Assembly (NCBI GenBank): GCA_020891255.1
Contig: BQFW01000001.1
Location: 1,674,001-1,738,000, forward strand
DNA: 64,000 bases
Reading direction: 5' to 3'
Source: Entomortierella parvispora E1425
Taxonomy: Eukaryota; Fungi; Mortierellomycota
The first letter of the stretch is position 1. Each line of letters begins with the position of its first letter. The translations under genes and the position numbers were made by a program. Positions 24,701 to 36,172 of this stretch are shown here, piece by piece. Below the pieces are notes generated by a model, which saw only the letters and a list, made by a program, of their open reading frames with translations, was not told where the DNA came from and did no database searches.

Positions 24701-24921
24701 CGCGATATGAGGATGGGATAGTGGTGTTGGGTGGGGCTGGGGACCGATCGCACCTCCCTCTTGATCGTTTGTTCTTTTTTGTGGGTCGCTGATGGCCTTG
24801 GTCGTTCCAAAAGGAATATCGGGAAAGTGGAACTTTGAGAAAGGGCCATGATCCCGTGCCGACCGAAAACAAGGGAAAAAGGGCAGATCGGTGTCATCAA
24901 GAACAGGCCCCGGCCAGCCCT

Positions 24922-25665
24922 TCATCCCGTGGCGAGTTCTGACGTTGACGGCAGACCCACAGCCTGCTCGATCGCCAATCGAAGCTTTGGAAGAGCAATT
25001 GGTTTACTGACGCAGTCAGCCATGCCAACCTGGCGGTAGATTTCTTGTTCTGCAGGGCTGTCGCTGGTCGTCACTGCAATAATGGGAACTTTTCGATTTT
25101 GTTCCAGGATCAAATACTCGGTTGACGCGCTGTGGCGGATCGCCTCTGTGGTTTGAATGCCAGTCAGAACGGGCATGTCAATGTCCATGAGGATGAGATC
25201 AACATTGTCAATGCACAACCGCTCTAATGCTGCTGGTCCTGAGGACATGACGGCCGTCAAATGGACAGTGTCGGCAAAATTGCACTCGAGCATACGAGAA
25301 AGAATAGCGAGGTTGATAGAGTTGTCGTCGACGATCATGACGCGGAGTCGACGTGGTGGCTGCTCTTGCAGCGGGCAGTCCGGCAGGGCAGGGCGACCTC
25401 CGTGGATACTGCCCATGCTCATTGTTGGTGAGGGGGGTGAGCTTGGAGGGGTGATGGACGACATGGGAAGGGATGTTGTTGAAGTCAGAGAAGTGGGTGA
25501 AGAAGTGGAAGAGTGCGAGGAGGAACAAGAGGAAGAGGAAGAAGAGACTGAAAGGCGGGAGAATAGAGACGAGGTCATGGTGGCTGAGCGCGGTAACGGC
25601 GTGGAGGAGGAACGATGACACGAGTGAGGGTGGAGTATATCAGACCAAGTCGAGGAGCAGAGCAT
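24922..25665 (-). CDS. Stand-alone response regulator (receiver domain) with Ser-rich N-terminus, apparently intronless
   Basis: RVMIVDDNSIN, LILMDIDMP (phospho-acceptor Asp), PIIAVTT, DCVSKP: all canonical receiver residues are present and there is no output domain. Confidence 0.9.
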   Translation of the reverse strand: MLCSSTWSDILHPHSCHRSSSTPLPRSATMTSSLFSRLSVSSSSSSCSSSHSSTSSPTSLTSTTSLPMSSITPPSSPPSPTMSMGSIHGGRPALPDCPLQEQPPRRLRVMIVDDNSINLAILSRMLECNFADTVHLTAVMSSGPAALERLCIDNVDLILMDIDMPVLTGIQTTEAIRHSASTEYLILEQNRKVPIIAVTTSDSPAEQEIYRQVGMADCVSKPIALPKLRLAIEQAVGLPSTSELATG

Positions 25666-26405
25666 GGCTTTGAGGACGGATGAAGAAAGGAACGAAAAAA
25701 AAGAGTACAGGGTGGCGCTTTTTTATACCACGTTCATCAGGGCGAGGGCGTGTGAGCGAATGACGAGGGTTTGGTGCAGCTGGCCGTTGCGTCGTTGGGA
25801 GCAATAATGTAATCGTTCTATAAACAATAAATGAGGGTAATGCTCCCGCGATGAATGGAATAACAGGTCCGAGCCAGGAGAAGAGGGGTGAGGGAGTCAA
25901 TGAAAGGACGCAAAGAGCAGGAAAAGAGGGGACCAAACAGGGTACCAGGGGTCCCTTTATATCCAAAAACGGCGGGATGTGGGACGGACAGACAATCTTT
26001 GCACGACTGAATAGCCCGCATTTCAATCGTGGCCCTCAAGGGAAGGAACGACAGGAAGGCAGATTTGAACTCAATTCCTGCGCATCTGCCCTGAAATCTC
26101 GCCTACATGTCATCGGGAAAGGTGCAGTTGCGACTGTGCGGTCATCTTTCTTGTGTTATCGTGATTGATGGAACAAACCAGAAGTGGTGCGTGGTGCTCT
26201 CGGGCCATCGGGTTTTGCCCTTCTTGCCAAAGAATTATTTCCTCTTGCTACTGTATTTACAACATTGTTCATTACATCAACTTCCTCAGTTGCACGGGCG
26301 CCTGGCTGTTACTGATATAACCTCTTGCTGATTTTTGGTTATTCTTGCTCTCTCCCTCTCTCCTTTTGATCCTGCTACCTTGTAATCCACTTGCCTGCAC
26401 ATCAA

Positions 26406-26493
26406 CAGCAGACAGCAGACAGCAGACAGCAGACAGCAGACAGCAGACAGCAGACAGCAGACAGCAGACAGCAGACAGCAGACAGCAGACAGC
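26406..26493. repeat. Perfect heptanucleotide tandem repeat (CAGCAGA), about 12.5 copies
   Basis: Directly visible; intergenic, upstream of the response regulator gene. Confidence 0.95.
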
Positions 26494-27383
26494 GGTTCGC
26501 ACTCAATAGAACAATTAAAAAGAGAAAACCCAGGCAGAAGGTTCAAAAACTCACACCACACAGGGACCTGGTTTGAGAAAACCTTATTGTGGGAAAGTCA
26601 GGGAACAAGGCACAAAGAGCGGTGCATCTGCCGATCCGACTCTTTGCGGCCTCTCCTGCGTGTCTTGAACTCATTCTTCGCGCCGTTTTCTGACATTGGG
26701 TAGGGGACAAATGGCGGCAATCTTTAGGTTGGCCCTTTTGTCTCGCTTCTTTTTTGTCTCTTGCATGAATGGTCCAAAGGCCCAATACCTTATAAACGAG
26801 GTGCAATGCTTACGGTAATGTCAATATCTACAGCACGCGGACCGTTTCGCTCCGCTCTGAGGACCTTGGATGGCCCACTGGACTCCAGTTTGTCTTGGTT
26901 TTGTTGGCCAAAGTTGACATGATAAATCCTCCATGGATTGGCCGCGGTCTCAACTGACCAAACCTGGGACCCGCCCCTGCTGATCTCAGGCTATGTTCCC
27001 AAGGACCAGGAACTAAAAGCTCCGATATGGAAACGATTTAGCAAACACGTTTTGCCATTGGCGCAAGCGGCCAGTCTCAGACTCAGGACTCTTGTTGGTT
27101 CCTGAAGAAACTCCCGGTGCAAACGGTGTATCGTGCTTTTTTTTTCTTATTTTCTTTGTTCCACCTTCCAACGATTTTCAATCGCGATCGGCCATTTATT
27201 GATTGCACTATACTTGCAGCGCGCGATTTGGATCAAGATATGCACCAACAGAGTTCGACTGCTTCCAAGGGAGTGACATGTCCAGAAATGTTGTTTTTTT
27301 TATTGGGTATACACAGCTCTCCTAATCTAACTCCTCTTTTTCTTAGTCCCCGACAGGAGATGCTCGAACTTTGCATTTCGGTC

Positions 27384-28275
27384 TCAAGGCCTTGGATGCA
27401 CGTTCTCGATGAACAAGGTAGGCCTTCCTCCCCAGGCCATGATGTTTCCTGGAGGATCGTACTCGCAGATATAGATTGAATATCCGGAGCACCTCCGTAT
27501 CGCGCAACCCACGCTCCTCGTCGATGCCCACACAACTTGAGTGAAATGACCTGAGGAAGGAGAGCAAACATTTAACAACGACGCTAAACAGACGATGATG
27601 AAATTATGACCAGGTAGTTTAGAGCATCTCACCAGTCTGTCCAGAAAAGCCCGGGTTATTGTAATTGTAAAACCGCACTTCATCGTACCAGGCCTTGATA
27701 GCAGCTGGAAAGTCGTTATACCCATAAGCTAAATTTTCACCAAACTGTCGCAGCAGGCATGAAAGAGACGGTATCAATATTTGAAATATGAACGAGAGCC
27801 CTCAAAAGTCCTCTTCCTGCTCCACATTCCCCGCTTTTTCATATCTCTCACTCACCTTGCCACCACTGTGGCGGAATACACAATTCTGAGTACTGTAAAG
27901 ATAGGAATTGGCAAATGCGGCCGCGTCATTGTTCCACGTCAGCGGAGGTGAACCATGAAGAGCTCGATAGTCATTGTGGGCTCTAAGGATAGCGTCTTGC
28001 TCGTCCCAATTGAGTGATGTGGCTGAGAGGTCGGCGGGGATCTTGGGGGTATCCTCAGCCGCAAGCTTTGGCATTTCGCCGTGCTGTCTGTATGCCTCGT
28101 ACTGAGTGCTGGTGATGGAGATGTACTGCCCTCGACCCGCCTTCATGAACGCGACAGGGTCGGCCAACCTTGGCTCCGAGAAATCGTCTAACTCTGAGAT
28201 TTTTTCAGTGGCCTGAGCACGAGCAAGGGCTGTGCACAGCAAAAGGATGGTGCAAAAGGTTGATTTGAGATACAT
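27384..28275 (-). CDS. Secreted CAP/SCP/PR-1 (PRY-like) protein, 3 exons
   Basis: Signal peptide [20 protein letters not shown]; [27 protein letters not shown]|[38 protein letters not shown]. Confidence 0.93.
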
Positions 28276-28738
28276 TGTGCAAGAGGTGGCGTGAAAAGTG
28301 GCGTGAAGAACAAACCTGGAGGATGCTTTGGGACGAACGAGGTTTATAACCACCAACAGTCGCCTCAGCCATGATGTCTAGATTCTGAAGCGAGGCATGT
28401 TGCGTTGCACCAGGGTCTTTGCCAACACTTTGCCAACACTTTGCAAGTTAGCGGGAAAGAGAACTTTGATCATGCACTAGGATTTTCTACAGGACAGCGA
28501 AGGAGTCGTAAGGAAAAGAAGGGATGCCAACATGCGCCACCCCTGCCTTGGCAAAGACGAGAACTGGAACAAAATCTATGCAGAATGTTGTCGCGACCTA
28601 CCCTACAGGAATCAGGTGACCGTGTCCGCCTGCTGCGCGCTCAGCCCAACGCCCAACGGCAAAATAAGATGTGGCGCAATTCTCGTTCTTTCTCTCTCAT
28701 TTACTGTCACCTTTCACTCATTCGCTAATCGTGGAAGA

Positions 28739-29900
28739 ATGGCAGCATCAATAGCATCAATGTCATCTAGACTAGGACGTCAGCTCACATTTGGATGGAG
28801 ACATGCAGGAGCTTCAAGCAGGCGATCCCAGATTAGACGAAGCGCGTCCCATTACTCTCAGCATTCAGGCTTTGCAACAACTTTCTTGTGCAGGAGTGAT
28901 TCTGGTGTCCAAACACCATCAGAGCCTCAAGACTTCAATTGTGAAGCTATCAAGTATGACCGTGCTTTCTTGGATTTTGTCCGCAAGAGGCTTCTGGATC
29001 CACACGACACGAGCGCGTACTTTAAGCACTGCAAGGTAGAACCGGTGCGCCAGGCAGCCGTGTTCATGGTATGATGATACATTTTCTACGCCTGGCAATG
29101 ATCGAGGAGAAGTGAGCCTGAAACGACGAACACCCATGCTGCCCTACAACATATAGCCTCTTTGCATCCACAACGGTGTTCCCAGTGTCCTGTTCACAAT
29201 TCGCGCCGGCCATATGAGAAACCATAAAGGAGAAGTCAGGCAAGCAAACAACACCAAGATATTTTCACCGACACATTGATGCAATTGGAATACTTGGACA
29301 AGAAACTAATAGCTATCCCTTTCGACTGTTTAGCTTCCCTGGAGGAAAACGTGACCCCTCTGACAAGACGATACTGGAGACGGCTCTACGGGAAATGCAG
29401 GAGGAGATCTCTATATCGCCTGAACAGGTGGAAGTCTTGGGAGAATACTCGGCTATGCCTAGCAAAGGTTGCACGATGAAAGTACATCCGTTCGTAGGAT
29501 TCATCAAGGAGCCGATCGAAGACATCTCACTCGTGAAACACAACGAGAGTGAGGTGCAAAAAGTCTTTACTGTCCCGATCAAAGATCTAGTAAGCCCAGA
29601 AAAGCGCTCTATGGTTCAATTCCGGAACTCCAAGTTCTTGTACCCTGTATGGAAAGTAGAGGAGGAGAATATCACTATCTGGGGGTTGACCGCCTTCATT
29701 TTAGATGGTAAGTAAATTTCGTTTCTGAGAGGGAAAAAAAATGAAACGAGACTTGCGCTCAGATCTTGACTTGTTGTTTGATTCTTCCGTTAGGTATCCT
29801 CAGGTGTATTGCTAAAGAGGGGCCTACTCAGTTTCAAGAGATACCAGAAGGCTCCAAGGTTGATCAATATCGCCCCGCAAAGCCCTCCGCGTTTGTTTAA
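28739..29900 (+). CDS. Nudix hydrolase, CoA pyrophosphatase (NUDT8/PCD1-like), probable mitochondrial targeting peptide
   Basis: RQAAVFM|PLC..VLFTIRAGHMRNHKGEVS|FPGGKRD..ETALREMQEEI (Nudix box) and IWGLTAFIL; Arg/Ser-rich N-terminus. Confidence 0.9.
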
Positions 29901-30117
29901 CAGCATTAAACAGCATAGAGTATGCATTTTTCAATTCATGGTGCACCTACGATGGTGCGTTCAATCACGTGATTTAATCCGCACCGCACCATCCCTGAGA
30001 ATTGTCGCTGACGTACCCAGACCACTCGCCCGCAGCACGACCACATACATACTTTTTGGCAATCGCCTCTTTTTACCATCTTTTCATTCGTCCACCAACA
30101 CACAATTCATCGACATC

Positions 30118-32510
30118 ATGCCACCAGCCAACACCATCAAAGGTAGCCAGGATGGACAGGATTGCAATGTCAGGAAAGCATCAACGTGACGCTCGAAGTA
30201 TCAATTACTGATCACTGCTTTTCTTTTGTCGCGCATCAGTCAACGTGAAGTGGAGCGGCAAGAAGTTTGACGACCTCGAGCTCAACCTGGACGAGCCTGG
30301 CCTCGTCTTCAAAGCCCAGCTGTTTGCCTTGACTGGAGTGGAGCCTGATAGACAAAAAATTATCGCCAAGGGCGGGATGCTCAAGGTGAGGATCGATCTA
30401 CAGATCTACTTCCCTATACGTAGTTATTTTCGCGTGTGAGAAGGCTAACCTGGCGTGATTTTGCTGACCATGTAGGACGACACTGACATGAACAAGCTTG
30501 GATTGAAGAACGTAAGTAAAGCAGGATTACATCCGGTGTACCGATCTGACACAGCTATGATACGGATCTCTCACAAACTGATTCTGTGTACTCATTTGTA
30601 CTCATATAGGGCCACAACTTCATGGTACATATAATTATGATTACAGGATATCATGGACGCATGGATAGCTTATATCTTGTTTTGACCTGGCTTGTCGATA
30701 GATGATGGGTACAGCTGGAGAACTTCCCAAGGCACCAGAAAAGAAGATCCTTTTCGCGGAGGATATGACCGAGGCGACCTTGAACAAGGCGGTAAGATAT
30801 ACGTTTCATGGATCAATTTAGTATGTCAAGGAACATGGACCTAATTCACTGGATTTTTTTTTTCTGTTTTTATATAGATGGATATTCCCGTCGGTTTGAT
30901 CAACATGGGAAACACCTGTTATATGGTACATCTCATTGCCTGTGGTGAACATTTTCTTTCAGACCAAGAGTTTCCAAACGAGCTGGCTCATTTATTAACG
31001 GAACTGTTATCTGGATTAGAACGCTACTCTCCAATGTCTTCGTGTTGTTCCAGAGTTGATCCAGGACCTTCAAAAGTACTCTGGAGGAACCGATAATTTG
31101 GACTCCAGAAGTAACATGACGGCGTCTTTGAGAGACCTGTACCGACAACTCAATGCATCCGGCCATGGAGTGATGCCTGTTCAATTTCTTTCAGTAAGGA
31201 GCTAATAGGAGATCCTCAAAACATGAGCATTAGTTCTACCCGATACTTACATCCGATTGATTGTCATATCCATAGTACTTGAGAAAAGCATTTCCCCAGT
31301 TCTCACAGCAAGGCAATGATGGCGTTTGGGCGCAGCAGGATGCAGAGGAGTGCTGGAGTCAGCTCATTTCGGCGCTGAAAACCAAACTTCCCGTTCACGC
31401 CGAGGGACAGCAGAATGTGATTTCTCAATTCATGGAAGGCGAATTCACAACTACGTAAGTCCACAGCCGTATGAGTAGTAAACAAATGACCCCCCCCCCA
31501 CGCAGTTATTGACATTGACATTGGCATTGTTATAGCCTCAAATGCGATGAATCACCAGAAGAGACTGCCGTTGTTACCAAGGAGAAGTTTGCCAAGTTGG
31601 ATTGCCACATTACCATCGGTTTGTGACTGAAAATGGCTGAGATAATACTGTGGGATACCCATTTTTGATTGCCATCTAATATCCTTTGCCATGTATGGAA
31701 CATTAGACGTCAACTACCTTCACAACGGAATCTTGCATTCTTTGGACCAGAAAATCGAAAAGAACTCCGAGTCACTTGGTCGCTCTGCTGTGTACTCCAA
31801 GACTCAACGTGTTTCGAGATTGCCAGCGTATTTGACCGTGAACTTTGTCCGGTTCTTCTGGAAGGAGACGGAACGCGTTAAGGCCAAGATCCTGCGTAAG
31901 GTCAAATTCCCTTTCGAGTTGGACGCGTCCCAGTTCTGTACACCGGATCTCCAGGCAAAATTGACAAACACAAAGCTCAAGTTGAGGGAGCTGGACAATG
32001 CTGAGACAGCACTGAAGAGACGTCATCGTCTGGATAAGGAGTCTGGACGCATGGAGACTGACGAAGTTTCGGAAGAACAAAAGGCTGTTCAGGCTGCCCA
32101 GGAAGCCTTGGAAGGCTCTCTGGATCCAGAACTTGTCAAGGACGTGGGATGCAACCCTTCTGGTCAGTACGAGCTCGCTGCGGTTTTAACTCATATTGGA
32201 CGAACCGCCGATTCTGGACATTACATTGGGTGGGCTCGTAAGGGTGATACGGATGACTGGTACAAGTATGATGATGACAAGGTCTCGCCAGTTTCCAAGG
32301 AAGACATCATGAAGCTCGATGGAGGAGGTAACACCATTGTTTTGAATGTTGGGCAGCGACAAGATGTTTAGGGGCATCAACCTTTTTCCATTTACTTACC
32401 ATCCATCGATATGTTCCTGTCACGGTTCAATAGGAGATTTCCATGTTGCTTACTTGGCACTTTACCGCTCGAGATCTTTCAAAGTCAAGTCCGTCAGCAA
32501 AAAGGACTAG
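30118..32510 (+). CDS. UBP6: Ubiquitin carboxyl-terminal hydrolase with N-terminal UBL domain (UBP6/USP14), multi-exon
   Basis: VNVKWSGKKF..FKAQLFALTGVEPDRQKI..KGGMLK; PVGLINMGNTCY (Cys box); FSQQ..AQQDAEECW; LTHIGRTADSGHYIGW (His box); WYKYDDDKVS; GG|GDFHVAYLALY. Confidence 0.95.
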
Positions 32511-32698
32511 TGCTGAACATTGATAGCAGCAGTTTATTGTCACTGTCCATAATGCAAGCAACATAGAGAGCGATAGGTGTGAGAATATATCTGTGGTATT
32601 AATTTGAAAGTGAACTAATGATGCTGTTGAGTAGACTTTGATTCAACTTCACGAGTTGGCAGGACAGGCATGTCTCCCATAAAAAAACACACGGTTGT

Positions 32699-33932
32699 TC
32701 AGTTATGATTTTGGAGAAGCTGCTTCAGGTCAGGAACAAGTGTATCGGCGTCATGCTGATCCTAAAAGACGACAGAGTAGTATGGAGTTTCAATGTCGGC
32801 ACAATGAGTTGACGAGGAGATAAGAAGGCGATTGAAGGCGGATCCTTACCTCGACGTTTCCCGCTATTAGCACGGTGCCTTCGTTGATGGCATTCATCAT
32901 GTCCTGCAAAGTAGCCTCAGTTTCCATTTTCATCTTGACAGCTGTTATTTGAAAAGAGTTTTAGGCAAAGAGTAAGGGGAAACGCGACCACAGACACCAT
33001 GCACATTTTCATTTCTCGTCATCGCAGGCTTACCAAGCTCTGCCAGGGCTTGAGACATCTGGGCTGTATGTTCCTGGCCAATGTTTTCCACTGCTGCTCC
33101 CAACATCTCCAAGTCTCCGTTGAAACCCATCTGTGTTAAAATTTGGATATGGTCAAATTTTGTTGAACCCAGGGATGCTGTACCGAGGGAGTGTAGCTGT
33201 GTAGGAACCTTACCTGGAAATCGTCTGAGGCTGAACGAAGAGTCATTACCAGGGCTGCCGTATCCTCCGCGGATCCTAGGAACCGCTTTTGAATCCTCTC
33301 CCTTTCCCCCACCCTAACACAAAAATAACATACATAAACTGTTTGCAGCCGTCTCTTCCTTTGGCCCGAGAAAGTACCCTGGAGATTCCTTACATGGTTT
33401 CGTCAGAAACAGAGAACCGAGCCTGTAAGCTCTTTGATAACTCGGCCATGTCATCCATCAGCTTTTGTGCATCCGATACCATCTCTGCAGATTTCTTGCG
33501 GTTGTCTCCTCTTCCCTTGGTGGGTTTGGACGCCGTGGATATGACCTTGGACCGTTCTGAGGATGAGGCTTCTCCAGTCGTACTCTTGCGGATGACTTTT
33601 TGGGGCTTGGCTTTCAGTTGCTGTCCTACGGCTCTTCCAGCCGAAGGCTTTTGAGTAGCTAACAAAAAGGTAGAAAACAGGGCGCTCAAGACTCAGACAC
33701 TAGGAACTCTCCCAGATTGACAACTAAAGACTGATGATCTCTTACGTTTCTTGCTTTCGCGACCTTTGATTCTCGAGGATAGGGTGGGTGTTGGATCGGC
33801 CTTCGTCTCTGTGTCAGTCACGATGGTGGACATGGATGTGCTGGCCACAGAGAGCTCTGAGAGATCCTGGGAGATGGGGGTGTTGGCTCTCGCCCTTCTC
33901 GAAGTCTTGGAATGCTTCGGCTGCTTAGGCAT
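32699..33932 (-). CDS. Hypothetical protein (basic low-complexity N-terminus, helical C-terminus), multi-exon
   Basis: ORF segments MPKQPKHSK.., KPSAGRAVGQ..FSVSDET, GFNGDLEML..QALAEL|AVKMKMETEATLQDMM..GNVE|DQHDADTLVPDLKQLLQNHN*; the last exons join in frame at GT-AG introns; no family recognised. Confidence 0.65.
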
Positions 33933-34109
33933 TGTGTTTGTGTTGAGAATGCTCCTTGGAGTGCTCTTTGTCGAAGGGAACAGGAGCAGCGACAGGAGAG
34001 AAGGAGAAAAGTCCAAAAAGAAACAGTGATCTCTCCCCCCCCCCCTCGATCACTCTTCGTTGTGTGTCTCATCATAAAAAATAAAAAGTAGTTTATTGTG
34101 CACTGTGTG

Positions 34110-34753
34110 TCATGACCGGAGAGACAGGATGAGGTGAAGGACCGATCCGTCCTGAATTCCGCAGTCTGTCAACGTTCTCGCGTTGTTCTGGCACGCACCC
34201 CCTTCAAACACGACCGTCCTCAGCTGCTTGTCTTCCCCAGTCCTCTCTGCAAAGATCAGACGCTGGGACATGGGTGGGATGCCCTGCGATCGCTCCACAA
34301 GGTCTTTGATGGCCTCGATCGTGTCTGTGGGCTCGACTGGGCCGATTTGGATGGTCTTGCCAGTGAGTGTTTTGACAATTACCTGCATGCAGATAGAAAA
34401 GGGGAGTCCGAAAGAGAGAAAGATGAAAGAGGCTGTGGTGGGTTGAAGAGGAAAGGAAAGTAAAGGAAAAAAAGTTCATTGGGAGTGCAGGCACAAAGTG
34501 GCAGTGCAGAGCTGTGGATCACAACGCTGCGGACTCCATGGACAAGGTGAACTGTTGCTCCACTGCCCATGTTGGAGTCCACAAAGGTCTCTTCATCTCT
34601 GAGCAATCTTCCGGCAAAGACCATATGCAAAGACTTGGGAGGCAAACCTGTGACCTCCCCGACTTTGTTCTTGAGGAATTCAATTGTGTCATTCCGCTGA
34701 AGGTCATCAAAGGTAATGAGTTGTCCTTTGAGTGTTTTGACACTAACTTGCAT
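34110..34753 (-). CDS. Two tandem divergent ubiquitin-like domains (one spliced gene or two small genes), neither ending in di-Gly
   Basis: Unit 1 [46 protein letters not shown]; unit 2 [56 protein letters not shown]. Confidence 0.75.
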
Positions 34754-35003
34754 CTATCAAAAAGAGGGGAAAGAGGACGGAGTGAGGATAGAAGCAAGAA
34801 ATAGAAATTGTTAAATCGTGGGAGATTCTCCCAATTGGACCTTGGCCACAAGGGGTTTTGAGGGGTTTGTGATTTGCCAAACAGTTTGGACACAAAAGTA
34901 CAAACGACAGGTTGCTTTTTTATTGTGTTTATTATGGTATTAAGATGAGAATATGATGCTGAACATCCGTAATGAGGATGACTAAGAGAGGTTGATGGGC
35001 AGC

Positions 35004-36172
35004 TTAGATCATGGCGGCGAAGGCACCGGCAAGGGCAGCGACAGCAGCGAAGACCTTGGGGACAGACACGAAAGAGGCGGCAGAGCCAGTGGGCTGGGAG
35101 CCGGCAGGGGCGGAGGTGGAGGTGGTAGGGGCAGGAGCCAAGAAACCGGGCTCGGTACCGTTGAGTAAAGGAGCGTTCTCCATGGTAATGTTGTTGTTGG
35201 TGATGCCGGCGGCCTTGGCAACGACCTCAAAGACATTGTTGACGGTGGAGTTGGTATCCTGGCGACCGAGGTTACCCAAGTCCCAGTTGGCCTCAACGGT
35301 CGAGAGAATGGAGTAATGAGTGTAGAAGGTAGAGTCGGTGGTGTTCTTGAGGTCAGCAATGACATCTCCGAGCAACAAGGTGTAGACACGGTTCTCAATA
35401 TCGTAGGTATCAGACTCATCGAAGGTAAGCACGACCAAGGTGTTGTTGATGAACGACTTGTTCTCCAACAGAGGAGGCAAGAAGGACTTCAACCACGCGG
35501 AGGCATAAGCAACAGTGGTGTTGTGTCCGTCGTTGAGCATGTTGGGGGTATAGAACGAGTAGTTGGGCAAATCATTGTTGCTAAGATCGGTAGCAAGCTG
35601 AGTGGCGGGCACAATGTTGCTGCAACGGGTGGTGTTCAACGCAACTGAGTCGTAGATGATGAAGGGGTTGTGCTTGCGGAAGTACAGGGCGTCGCTCTCG
35701 AAGCCCTGGTAGCAAACAGAGGGGAGGTCCTCCTGGTAAGCCTTCCAGGTGAGGTTCTTCTTCTCCAAGAGATCAACGACAGTGGTGTAGTTGGCAGGGA
35801 TGGAGTGGAAGTTATCGTCGTTCAAACCAAAGTAGTCACCACCGGAAACGGCAATGTAGTTGGGCTCGGAAGGATGAGTAACACCATAGTAGTTATCCAA
35901 GAGGACAGCCTGGTCAGCAAAGGAGGTGAGGTTGGCGTCCTGAGCAGCTTTGACAAAGTCCTGAAGGTTCAAAGCAGGCAAAGGTAGAAGGGGGGAAGGT
36001 CAGTCGTATGGCAAGATACCAGGTACAGTTGACTGTTGTTCTTCACCAATTGTGTCCAACTTACGGTGTTCTCAAGGTAGATGATGAAGATGTGGTCAAA
36101 GATCTTTCCCTTGGTGGCCTGGGCAGCAGCAGCGGCAATGCAGGCCAAGGAAACAATAGACTTGAGGAGCAT
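35004..36172 (-). CDS. Secreted/GPI-anchored acid phosphatase (phosphoesterase family), 2 exons
   Basis: Signal peptide MLLKSIVSLACIAAAAAQA; FDHIFIIYLENT|DF; THPSEPNYIA, RKHNPF, PNMLNDGH, LTFDE, FYTHYSILSTVEANW; S/T-rich stalk and hydrophobic C-terminal tail. Confidence 0.93.

Noticed and set aside
28419-28446. Short direct repeat (CTTTGCCAACA)x2 in the CAP/Nudix divergent promoter
   Set aside because: Too short to distinguish from a slippage duplication.
35011-35987. Overlapping plus-strand ORFs over the phosphoesterase
   Set aside because: Antisense shadows of a strongly codon-biased gene.
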